A DNA stretch of 59,933 nucleotides, filler included, from Jimgerdemannia flammicorona (Eukaryota), in NCBI GenBank assembly GCA_003990765.1. It is 3 parts of 3 records of this genome, joined end to end, with 100 filler letters (N's around TTAATTAATTAA, not from the genome) between each part and the next. Parts side by side here need not be neighbours in the genome. Positions count along the whole stretch, not along the records: positions 40,024 to 59,933 come from RBNJ01001809.1; 2 more parts are not named here. The stretch is one strand, 5' to 3'. The notes under the pieces are model-generated. The model made no database searches. It saw only the letters and a list, made by a program, of their open reading frames with translations, and was not told the origin of the DNA. Below, piece by piece: positions 49,001 through 59,933 of this stretch. A program made the position numbers and the translations under genes. The number at the start of each line of letters is the position of its first letter. Positions within the stretch are counted from its first letter, which is position 1.

Positions 49001-51483
49001 CTACTCCTACCTGTCAACCCCCTCTCTCTATTAGTCCTGTTCAACCTTCTATCTCATATCATTCTAGACAGTCAATTCCTGTAGCTGCCAAAACACCCAC
49101 CTCTTGTAGACCCCATATCCAATCCACATGTTCCCCCCATTCTGCTGAGCAGTAGTATGATCTAACAGTCAGGAGACTCCAGCCTAGCCTCCTCCAAACT
49201 CCCCACACCAATCTGCTCCCCCAATGTTCAATATCCCCAATATCCCCCACTCTCTTCCTAATCAGAATGCATACTTGACCCTGCTATACTGACACATCTC
49301 CTCATTCTCTTGTCCAATCCAGCAAGTCCAAGTCTATATCATAACTCACATCCTGTAGTAAGAAGAGATCTACTTCCAGTACCTTCAACTAACTAAAGAT
49401 ATTCTGACACCTTATTGCACCCTGTAGACTATTAATATTCAGAGAGAAGATTCTTGTTATACTGTTCATGTTAAATAATAATTAGAGAAAAAGTGTCTAT
49501 TCTATAATTCTATACTCATCTCTTTGCCAGAAAGATCCAGGTTTCTCTCTGTCTCAAGCTCATCTGTCTCTCTCTGCTGAGCATCTAGGGCTATCAAGAT
49601 CTTCTGACAATCTGTGCCATCCACACTTCCATCCCTATCTGATATTCCTTACACACTATCTGCCACTTTATCAGCCCTTTCCTTGAACCCCACATATAAG
49701 TAGCCTAATCATTTGCAATTGTCAGAAGTACTACCTTACTGTCATCATCTACTTGATATGCTTCTACTTCCAGCAATATCACTATAATCTTATCTCAGAG
49801 TTTTCTTGGCACCTCCTCACTATGTAGGATTTCAGCCTAGTACCTCTCACTCAGTACCTGAAAGTCTTCTCTCCCAGCTTCTCAACCACCACATTCTCAA
49901 GCATTTTCCATAATTATTTCTCCTCATCTACTGCCTCCTCAACTCTCTGGGCCACTCCCTTCCCCCCCTCTAGCTGCCCACTCTTTGCATTCCTTCCTGC
50001 TGACTCATTCTAATCCTCCTTCAGCACATCTTACAATTCATCCTCACCAGTAGCCCCACCCAGCATGCCATACTGAGAGTACTCTCTCTTGACCATCTCT
50101 GTATTCTCTATGATAACACTCAACCCAGAGCCTCCTCTCTCTCCCTGAGTCACCCCTGGAGCTACTCCCTTCTCTTCAGCCCAGATACTCATCCTTGATC
50201 CAGTATTCTCAGCAGTGGTCCTCCTGGCTCCCCCCCCTCCCAACTTCACCAACAGGTCCTTCTGAATATGCCTCTCCTGTGCCCTCCTCTCAGGCTGCCT
50301 GATCCAGCCTCACCCTCTTGCCATTCACAGTCTCAACTATTATCTTAGTCTCAAACTTCTTCCAGACTAATCACCTCCTTTCAATGGTCCCAGCCAGATC
50401 TTTCAATACCTCTAACAAGTTCTCTTTCTCTTTCTGCATCTCTTACACTCTAGAGACTTTGTACTCCACTGGTCTCTATTTGAGTACTGCCAGCCAGTCC
50501 CATGTCTTCTCTGTATTCTCCTTGCTCACCAGCCATACTTTGATATCTACATCTCCTATCCTGAACTCTATGCCTTCTCAGTCCCAAAACCCAATATCCA
50601 TAATATCTCTATACTTCTTGATAGCCTCCACAATCAGCCCCCTGGCCATCTCCTTCAACACTATAAGAATATCTATCACCATCAACTGCACCACTCATAG
50701 GTCTCAATATAAATATCTAACTATGGAGATTATGACCCCCCCACCATCACCCTCTTCTCTATTACCTCCAATAGTACATCCTTCTTCTTAAATCCAACCT
50801 CCACCCCTTCTAGTCCCTTCAAAACCTTCACCAAAGTAGCTCCCTTCACCTCCAGGGCCAGAAGCCCCAGAATCATCCTTGCTATTACTGCTAAGCCCCA
50901 GAAATACTATGTGGTTGTGAATTCTAACCTCAATTTCTTAAGTAATAGTACCACCACCAGATCTGTTACACCATCTGTCAGATCTCTGGGCCTCATGCCC
51001 ACTCCTTGTCCAAATCTATTATCAATCATCATATCTGGATTTTTTTTCCAGATTGGCAGTCTCCTTATCAAATACAGTTCTGCTCCCTCCAACCACTCCT
51101 CCCTCAGCCATACTGTTCTTGCTGCCCTGAGCTACTCTCCCAGACCCAGCAGCCCTCACTGTCTCCTTGCTCTTTCTCAGCCAGCCCCCCAGTCTAGTTG
51201 TCAGATAATCCTCCTTTACCTTGTCTGTAAAGCTCATCCTTCTAGTCCCCTGTCCCCCAATACTGCCTTCTTCCCTTCTATATCCTACTGTCAGCAAACC
51301 ATACATACTTCCCCTGAGGCCATGACTCCTCCCCACATGCTGTCAGTCAAACACACTAGGGTCACCCTGCTCAGCACACATCTCAGAATGCTCATCAGTT
51401 ACTATGTTGCTAGTATCTTTTCTCCAAAAATGGTGTCTTGAGAGTTGCTAGAAGTTTGTATAACCTGAATATTACCAGAGAAA
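40024..51483 (-). mobile_element. LINE subfamily B copy, split by an internal LINE-C insertion (pieces 40024-41811 and 47631-51483)
   Basis: Joining the pieces restores LDQEKAYDRVWYIWLEGVLK. ORF2 ATG at 49469; 5' end matches 30430. Confidence 0.9.
41812..47630 (-). mobile_element. Full-length LINE subfamily C with poly(A) and 17-bp TSD
   Basis: Poly(T) 41812-41829; TSD CCATATATACCAAACTC (41795-41811) / CTATATATACTAAACTC (47631-47647). Motifs NQEKAYD, GAFADD, RGDFN, CRDCEWC..EHVIEAC; ORF1 remnants ~45600-47333. Confidence 0.93.
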
Positions 51484-54400
51484 GGTGGCCACCAGTATCT
51501 ATATTATATTAATACAAAGGTATAAATGTACCCTTCATCCAATCCTACATATAATCTCCTCCCTCTCCCCCTCTCTCTCTCTATCTCTCTGAAGAGTCAC
51601 TGATCCCCCAGCAACTCCAATCCTCTCCCTACTCTTTCTGCAAATATATTCTACAAGTCTCCTATAGATTCACCCTCTATGTCCCCACCCCTACTACCAA
51701 CCATTCAGAATGTCCTGCAATAACAACTCTTATCTTACAACTTATACCCCAAGTACCAAATACTACTCATCCTTAAATACATAAAGCCAATATCTAGCAA
51801 GCCTAACTCAAATAGCCAGAGCCCACCCAAAAGTCACCCACTCATTCCCAATTCCTTCCACCAGCCTTTGCCAGAGAACACCCCACCTCCTACTCTCCAT
51901 CCTCCCATTAGATTACAACCCCAGCCAATCCTTGATTGTCCTCCAAAATTCTTTCAACACTCCACACTCTCCTAGTCAATACTCAGGGGTCTGCACTAAT
52001 CTATCCTCTTATCCACATCCCCTTCTACCAAATGTCCTGATTGGTAATTCAGTATCATATTGCACCATAAGAGTCTTCACCATACTACCCAGAACTTGGA
52101 GGGAAGCCACTTACCATCTGCTTGCTCTAAGACCAAATGCCATTCCAGCCCCACTTCTTTCCAATTCCTACCCCCTGCCTGATCTCAGGCAACAAGTCTC
52201 TCCCATGCTCCTATAGATATTCCACACTATCCTCTAAACAAAATTCATCCACCAGTATACTCCCTAACAACAGACAATCCCACCTCTATATCTGGGGGCC
52301 CCATTCTTTTACTCTCTCATCACTCTATCACCTGAGTCAAATTCAAAGAGCACTTTCAACTACTTTCTACCAGAACTTCCTATAGTATATCTTCCTACTC
52401 TCCTCTAGTACTATCAGAGAAAGTAGATTACCAGTCATGCCCCTGAGAGAGAAATGAACCTCCCACACTCTCTACATAAGGGGTGTCTCCTCTTAACTGC
52501 TCAATTCACTTACTTGCTTCAGCCACTATACTCTCAAGTAGTATAGGTGCTTGGTAAAGTCTGCCAGGCCCAGCCCTCCTCTGTCTACTGATAATGTCAG
52601 CACCTCTCAGCTGATTTGACTCTGCTGCCCTATCCATATCAACCTGACTATCTTCAATAGCCTCCTAACCACCTATGCTGAGAAGTCTAAGTAATACTTC
52701 AAATATCACAGCTTAGATAGCCAATATACATTTAACATCATAACCCTCTCTACCAGAGAGATATATTAGCTGCCTCACCTCAAAAGAGTATCTCTCTACT
52801 TGAACAGTCACTGTTTCTACCAACTCTGAGACTATAAGGAACTATATGTATATTGAAAAGTAAATCTCCAGATAATAGACTACTTCTCCTGCTGAGACAA
52901 CTGATCTAATCATATCTCCTCCTACTATTCCTCTATCTAAGATCAGAGTCTTGCACTTATACCAGTTGAGCTTAGTACCCAAGCACCCCTCATACCATTT
53001 CACTGCACTCTTCAGTACTGCCACATCCTCCACAGAGCCCAGTCTGACCACCATATCATCAGTAAAGGGCCCCACCTTCCAGTTCACTCCTAGAATATTC
53101 AATTCCCCCACCTTGTACTATATCTTATCTAGTAATGGCTCCAGTGAGAGGGCATAAAGAATTAGTAATAGTGGATCTCCCTGTGACACTTCTCTGCCCA
53201 GGGGAAATGACTCCCCTCTATGTCTATTTACCATAATAACTGCCTGACTTCCCTCCAGCAAACTAATTAGCAATTCCCTAAACCCTGGTGAGACCCCCAT
53301 TTACTTCAATACTCCCTTCAGCTATATATGTCTGACTCTGTCATTAGCTTTCTCTTCGTCCAGAATGACTAGTTGACTATCAACCCCAGTAGCATGAGCT
53401 CTCTCAATGATACTATGGACCTAAGCTATCTCATTCTGAATCAGATGACCTCTGACAAAGCCCCACTGCTTGGTCTCCGACATCTGCTGAGCTACTCCTT
53501 ACAACCTAGTCACCAAAATCTTCATCACCAACTTGTGATCTACATTTAGAAATATAATTGGCCTCCAGTTCTTCCAATCCTCTCTCCTTACTTTATTCTT
53601 ATATAATAGAGCTACAAGCCCTCAATGTTGTCTCCCAATCTAGGTCTCTGAGCCAATAACTTCATCACACATCTATGTCATCTCCTCCAGTATAACCTCT
53701 GCACCAGTCATCCACTTTCAAAAATCCCAAGGCAATCCATCTTCCCCTGGGGCTGTCTTCAGACTTATCATCACCAAAACTCAACAGACCTCTTCCCCTC
53801 ATACAGGGACTCCAAGTTTATCTAGGCCCACTGCTGGGTCTGGGTGCCAATCCTCCAGCTGCCATTCAATATCTAGTACATCTTTACCACTCTCCACCTT
53901 ACTCTATAACTGCTCCCAGCAAGACTGCAGTAGGTCCAAGATCTCTAGCATCCTAATCACTATATTATCTACCTCATCCAATACTCCATCTCACTGCTTT
54001 CTTGTCCTTCTTGCCTGAAGTAGTTTGATAGAAACTTTGTAGGCTACTCTCCTTCCTCTGGACCCTACCACTGTAACTATACCACTATTTCTTTCACCTG
54101 TAATTTCTCCTCCTGTCTAAGCAACCTCTTCAATTCTTCCACCTTCTACCAGATCCATTGAGCCCTCTAATTCCCTTCCTTGCTGCCATCCAAAGATCCA
54201 GCCCATGTAGCCTCTCCAATCTCTGTGAGGCCCACCTTATACAACTCCTCCTCTAGGCCCCCCTCCTTCTCTCAGTCTTGCCCCAGGACTGCTGAGCATC
54301 AGATTTCAAATGTTACCAATAATCCCCAATCTCCAACCTCTGTGTCCTCCAGCTAATAATCCTAGCACTAATATCCATCTCTCATTCATCTCATAAGAAG

Positions 54401-57400
54401 TAATCTTTCTGTAATAAAGTATTCAGATACTAATGTCCAGGACCCTCTTCACTTTCTCCAAATCTCCTGCAGTCTAGCAAACCCCAGTTGTCAGACCAAG
54501 GGCACCAGACTGTCATAATCATACTCCAGACATCTGCTCTCCAGCACTCAGTAGTCAATACTCAGTCAATCCTTGATCTCAGCCCTGCCACCCAGTGAGT
54601 ATAGATCTAATGATCTCTCTACCCAAGTTGCCCTGTATCTACCAGTAAGCTCAATCTCTCAATCTCCTCCCAGTCTTCCATCCCTCTACTCCTACTTGTT
54701 ATCCCCCTCTCTTCATCCATTCTGTTCAACCATCTATCCCATATCATATTAAAATTACCCCCCAGAAAATCAATCCTCTCAGTTCCTATATCCTCTATAT
54801 CTCTTAGTCACCTTATCTACTCCATATATCTGTCAGGTAATAATATAACCCAATAGTCAAGGGACTCCAGCCTGACCTCCTCCACACTACCCACACCACT
54901 TTATCCCCCCAATGTCCAATGTCTCTAATGTCCCACTTGCCCTTTCTAACCAAAATACCCACCTGACTCTACTACACTACTATATCTCCTCATTCTCTTA
55001 TCCAATCCTGCATATCTAAGCCAGTATCATAGTCTATATCCTATAATAAGAATAGATCCACATTCAGTCCCTTCAACTAGCTGAAGATATTCTAATACCT
55101 TATTATACCCCTCAAACCATCGATATTCAAAGAGAATATTCTAGTTGTACTATTTATTTTGAATAATGTTTAGAGAATAATCACTCACCCTACAATTCAA
55201 TACTCATTATATCACTAGTAATATCTAGGTTCTGCTCTGCCTCAAGCTCATCTGCTTCTCTCTACTAAGCATCCAGTACTTCTAAGATCTTCTGACAGTC
55301 TGAACTATCTACTATCTCTATATCAGACTAGTAGTCATTACATACTACTTGCTACTTCTTCAACCCCTTCCTAGATCCCTGCAGATATACTGTCTACTTA
55401 TTCATAATGGTTAGAAGCACTGCCTCTCTGACATCATCTATCTTATATTTCTCTACCTCTAACAGACCTACCAATAGTTCATCATGAAGCTTCTGAACCA
55501 CCTCATCACCTTGCAGAATCTCATCTCAGAATTGCTTGCTAATCACTCTAAAATCCACCTTACTCAATCCATCTACTGCAACATTCATCAATATCTTCTA
55601 CAGCAACTTCTCCTCCCCTATGGCCTCACCAATACTTAGGGCCATCTCCTGCCCTCTTATCTCTGGACCCCCCTCTACATTCATCCTCACTGACTCATCC
55701 CATCCTTCTCTGGTATATCCTACAGTTCATTAGTCCAATGAGCACCCTATACTGAACTTGGATCTCCTCTGCTATTATTATATCCTCAGCCACTACATCC
55801 AGCTTAGAGCTTCTCCTCTCTTCCAGAGTTACTATAGAAGCTTCCCCCTTTTCCTCTGCTCAAGTACTTATCCTTAATCCACCATCAGCTATAGTAGCAT
55901 TACTCTCTGCCCTCTCTCCCAGCTTCATCAATAGGTCCTTCTGATATTACCTCTCTTGTATCCTCTCCCAACAGCCTTATCCAGTTCCACTCTCTTGCTA
56001 TTCATAATTTCAACCACCATCCTAGCCTTGAACTTCCTCTAGGCCAGCCTTCTCTTCTCTATAACTTCAGTCAGATCCTCCAATATCTCCAGTAAGTCCT
56101 CCTTCTCTCCCAGTATCCTCTTCACCCTTGAGATCTTACACTCTACTAGTCCCTACTTCAGTGCTACCAGCCAGTCTCATCCTTTCTCAGTATACTCCTT
56201 GTCCACTAGTATAATCTGGATATCTTCATTGTTAGTTCAGAACTCAGTCCATTTTTAGACTCAGAAACCAACATCCACCACATCACTCTACTCCTTAATG
56301 GCATCTACAATCAGTCCCCTGACTACTTTTTTCTTCACTATAGGTACATTTACTACTACCAGTTACACTACTCTGGGGTCCTAGTATAGACACTAAGCTA
56401 TAGGAATCACTATCCCTTTTACTACTACTTCTTTCTCCAATGCTCTCAATATCAACTCCTCCTCCCCAAAGCCCACCTCTACTCCTTTCAGTCTCTTTAA
56501 GAACTTCACCAAGATAGCTCTTGTTACTTCTTAAGCCAGAAGACCTAGAACCATTTTTGCTATAACTGCTAAGTCTTAGAAGTACAAAGTAACAGCAAAT
56601 TCAGATACTGACTTCTTGGGTAATAGTGCCATCACTTGATATATTATACTATTGGCCAGATCCCCAGGCCTTGTGTCTCTCTCCAGTCCAGTAACACCAT
56701 CAGTCTTCATATTGGGATTTTTTTTTCCAGATTAGCAGTTCCCTCTCTATCAGCAGTTTCACTCTCCCCAGTCTCTACTCTCCCAGCCCTAATGCCACTA
56801 CCACCATGGGTCCCTCTGCCAGACCCTACAGCCCCCTCCTTCTCTTTTCCCTTCTGTAATCTGTCCTCCAGTCCAGTTACTGGATACTCTGCCTAGTGCT
56901 CCCAAATGAATTGAATCAATTTGAATTGAATCTAATTGAGAGTGATTTGAATCAAATTGAATTAGGGATTTTTCAATTCAAATTGAGGTCTGATTTAATT
57001 TGAAATTGAAAGTCAAACTTTGAAATGCAATAACTTGATGAAAATATATCCAAATTTGGTGAATTTTAGTATGTTGGATTCGTCTTGATAATGTGAATCC
57101 AGTATAACAACAAATATTAAATTTGGACATTCTTCTGTCAAGTTATAGAATTTTAAATATTTAGGTTCAAATTGAAATTTGAATCATATTGGACCTTGAT
57201 TCAATTCAAATTGAATCAAATTGGGCCTCAATTCAATTCGAAGTTTTTGAATTAAATTGAATTTGGGTCTAATGCAATTCAATTCCATTTATTAAGAGCA
57301 CTAACTCTGCCTTAACCTTATCAGCAAAGCTCATTCTCCCAGACCCCTGCCTACTGTTCCCCCCTTGTCCACCTTCTTGTCTACCAGCAAGAATATCCAG

Positions 57401-57575
57401 CAGACTCCACCCCAATCTATGATTCCTTCTTACATACTGCTAGTCAAATATACTAGGGCCACCCTACCCTGTATGCTCCTCAGAACACTCATTAGTTGTT
57501 ATATTGTTATTATCTTTTTATTTATAAAATATCTAATCAATGGCCCAAAGTATTTTCAATGGAAATTACTGATAA
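51484..57575 (-). mobile_element. LINE subfamily B copy, near full length (no poly(A) seen); 5' region interrupted by a MITE
   Basis: RT remnants (GPFTDDMV, VSQGDPLL), APE start ~55157; 5' UTR 57312-57575 aligns with the other copies. Confidence 0.9.
56894..57303. mobile_element. hAT-type MITE, 410 bp
   Basis: TIRs TAGTGCTC...GAGCACTA; perfect 8-bp TSD ACTCTGCC (56886-56893 and 57304-57311); TGAAT/ATTCA subterminal pentamers. Confidence 0.93.
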
Positions 57576-59250
57576 CTTGACCATTGTTGATCTCCTCTAT
57601 GATCTTATCCTCAGATATAGACCTCCAGAAGATCTTATCTCTGACTAAGATACAGAATTCATCAATAATATAATTACAAGTTATACTTAAATTTACAAGA
57701 TCTACCTGAAATAGACCACATTATATTACCCTCAAACCAATGATAGAACAGAATGAATAAATCAGACCATTAAGTAAGAACTTGTCTAAGTCAATTCTAC
57801 TAATTGGAATCTTTACTTATCTGAGATCTTATGGAAAATTCAGAACATCTTTTTATATCTACTAAATAAAAGTCATTTAAAATAATGTTTACTAAGAAAA
57901 TCAGATCTGCTAATTATGAGAACCTTAAAGAACTTCTTAAAAAGACAGAATAATTATATAATTAAGCCTAAGTTAAGATAATCAAGGCCCAGGAAAGATA
58001 AAAGAAATACTTAACCAGAAGTTAAAAGATTAGAAGATCAAAATTAGAGATCAAGTACTAGTCTGAAGAAGTATAATCAAAATAAACTTTATTACCAAAT
58101 TGGAGCCCAAATGAGAAGGATTTTATCTTGTATAAAATATTAGTAGAATAAGTTTCTATATAAGAAGTATGGATGAATATACTCTGAGGACTCTAGTATA
58201 CATTAATTGCTCAAGATATACTTGCTCTCATATAATAATTCATAGAATTGATCAGTACTCCAGACCCTTGTTCTCAGTTCTCTTTAACCTCTACTAATTT
58301 CACTATCTCAATATAGAGAAATAGTTAGCAACTACTGTCAATTGATCCAGATTTATCAAGAGAATCTCACTATAGTCTAGCAACTTCTAGAGATCCACTA
58401 GCTATAGATATACTATACTATTGGAGAACAACTACAGGACCTCTCAATCTCTGAGTATATATATACTAGATATCTCACAGATCTCATCTAAAGAAATACT
58501 ATTATAGCAGATAAACTCTATACTATCTATAAGTAAAATAGAAGAGTATTAACTCAGGTCCAATTTCATCTTAGAGATATTTAGAAAATGACCCCTGCCA
58601 CTTACCTGTGCTTTATCTATTATATTGTGATACTATTTTTAAAAGTAGAAGAGAAGTACTTAAATAGAGTAGTTCTGAAACTAAAGAAGATAATAAAACA
58701 GGAGCTGATGCAGAATATGCTTACTCATATTGAAATAATAGATAAAAGCTAGCTAGAACAGACCATCTTTTATTGGTGGCTGATATGATAAGTCAGCAGA
58801 GTAATATACTAAGTTACTATTAAAATTGGTTATAATACTCTACTATACCAACTAATATAAATAACCCAGATAGGTAAATAAGAATATAAAGTATTTCTAG
58901 CTAAAATATCATATTAGAATTTGAGATTAGTAATCCTAGCTAGTATATTATACTAGATTTTGAAATTTATATTTTTAATAAAAATAGCTAAATATTAACA
59001 GAAATAGTAATCTATAGTTAGCTATATAGTAACTAAATAGCATCACAACTGTATAAAATATCCCAGGGATAAGAGTGACCCAAAAGTTCAAAAGCAAAAG
59101 CTAATTATCTGATATACTTAGGAGAAATATCTGCCAAAAGCTACTTTATCTAGAAAGGATTGCAATACTTAGGAGATATATCTGCTAACAATTCACTATA
59201 AGAAGTTATGAGCTTTGTCTTATTCTTACTCTAGTTTACTTTCTGATATA
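57576..59250 (+). mobile_element. Gypsy copy 2, same family as 5128-10252: integrase C-half, extra ORF, 3' LTR (58784-59250), heavily mutated
   Basis: Colinear with ~8660-10252 (ctcagatatagacctccagaag, accctcaaaccaatg, ttgatcagtac, ctctagtttactttctgatata). Confidence 0.88.
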
Positions 59251-59907
59251 AAGAAAAGAAGTTTACTAATTTAAAAAGAATCTATATTATCTGAGTTTTC
59301 TACTAACTTAAAGAGATCTATTTTACTCAAGAAATCTACCAAGATTATCTGTTTTATATCAAATTACTACCAAATAAGAAAATTACTATAATTATCTATT
59401 ATACAAATAAGAGAACTCACTCAAGAATTCAGTATTGTCTTTATACTACTAAATACTAATAAAGATATTAGAAACTATTGAATATTTTATTACTTTATAA
59501 CAAAGTAACTAAGGTCTTAAGCTAATTTATATAGTAGTCTCAACCTTGTAATATATATTTATTAATCTGATATATTACACTATAAATAAATATAGTATAT
59601 TAGATATAATCATAGTTATACTCTATAAGATATATGCCTATTATGTAAAAATTTCTATTAAATCCTTTATTAGCTTATGTAATAAACTATTATATTAATA
59701 TTCTAATAGTTAATTTTTATATAACTTAAGTTATAATTCAAATTTTATATATATTTTAGACTCAGACTTTTATAAGTCAAGTTAAATTATAAGTTATATT
59801 TTTAAAACTTAAGTTTTACTATATAATTTTAATATATTATAATATGCTAGCTTAATGAAGGTAAATTATATAATTGGAACTATAATGTAAATTGGCTTAA
59901 ACCCCTA
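59251..59907. repeat. Very AT-rich decayed repeat, possibly a DNA-transposon end (terminus ...AAACCCCTA)
   Basis: TpA-saturated sequence with short AAGTTA/ATAATT repeats ending in a TAGGGG-type terminus; no partner TIR seen. Confidence 0.3.
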
Positions 59908-59933
59908 GCTATTTTGTGAAAAAGTAAAAAAAA

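Overview
Repeat-saturated eukaryotic DNA, most likely fungal (short GT-AG introns; L1, Ty3/gypsy, Ty1/copia and hAT elements). The window is not one locus. Two 100-bp N44-TTAATTAATTAA-N44 linkers join three contigs of 19,912, 19,911 and 19,910 bp, i.e. size-sorted and unrelated. Almost all of it is nested, mutationally inactivated transposon sequence with strong C>T/G>A bias (CpG almost absent, TpA enriched). It holds six copies of an L1/Tx1-like LINE in about three subfamilies, a Ty3/gypsy family carrying a dUTPase and a conserved extra 3' ORF (two copies), a complete Ty1/copia (two LTRs plus TSD) inserted inside the zinc knuckle of another gag, an intron-containing hAT transposase, and a hAT-type MITE containing a ~145-bp dyad. 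One ~2.7-kb CpG-intact island may be a decayed host gene. No intact host gene, RNA gene or CRISPR array is supportable. The best leads are the gypsy accessory ORF and dUTPase, the nucleosome-sized palindrome in the MITE, a shared 3' stem-loop in divergent LINEs, and the RIP-like hypermutation. All alignments were done by eye.
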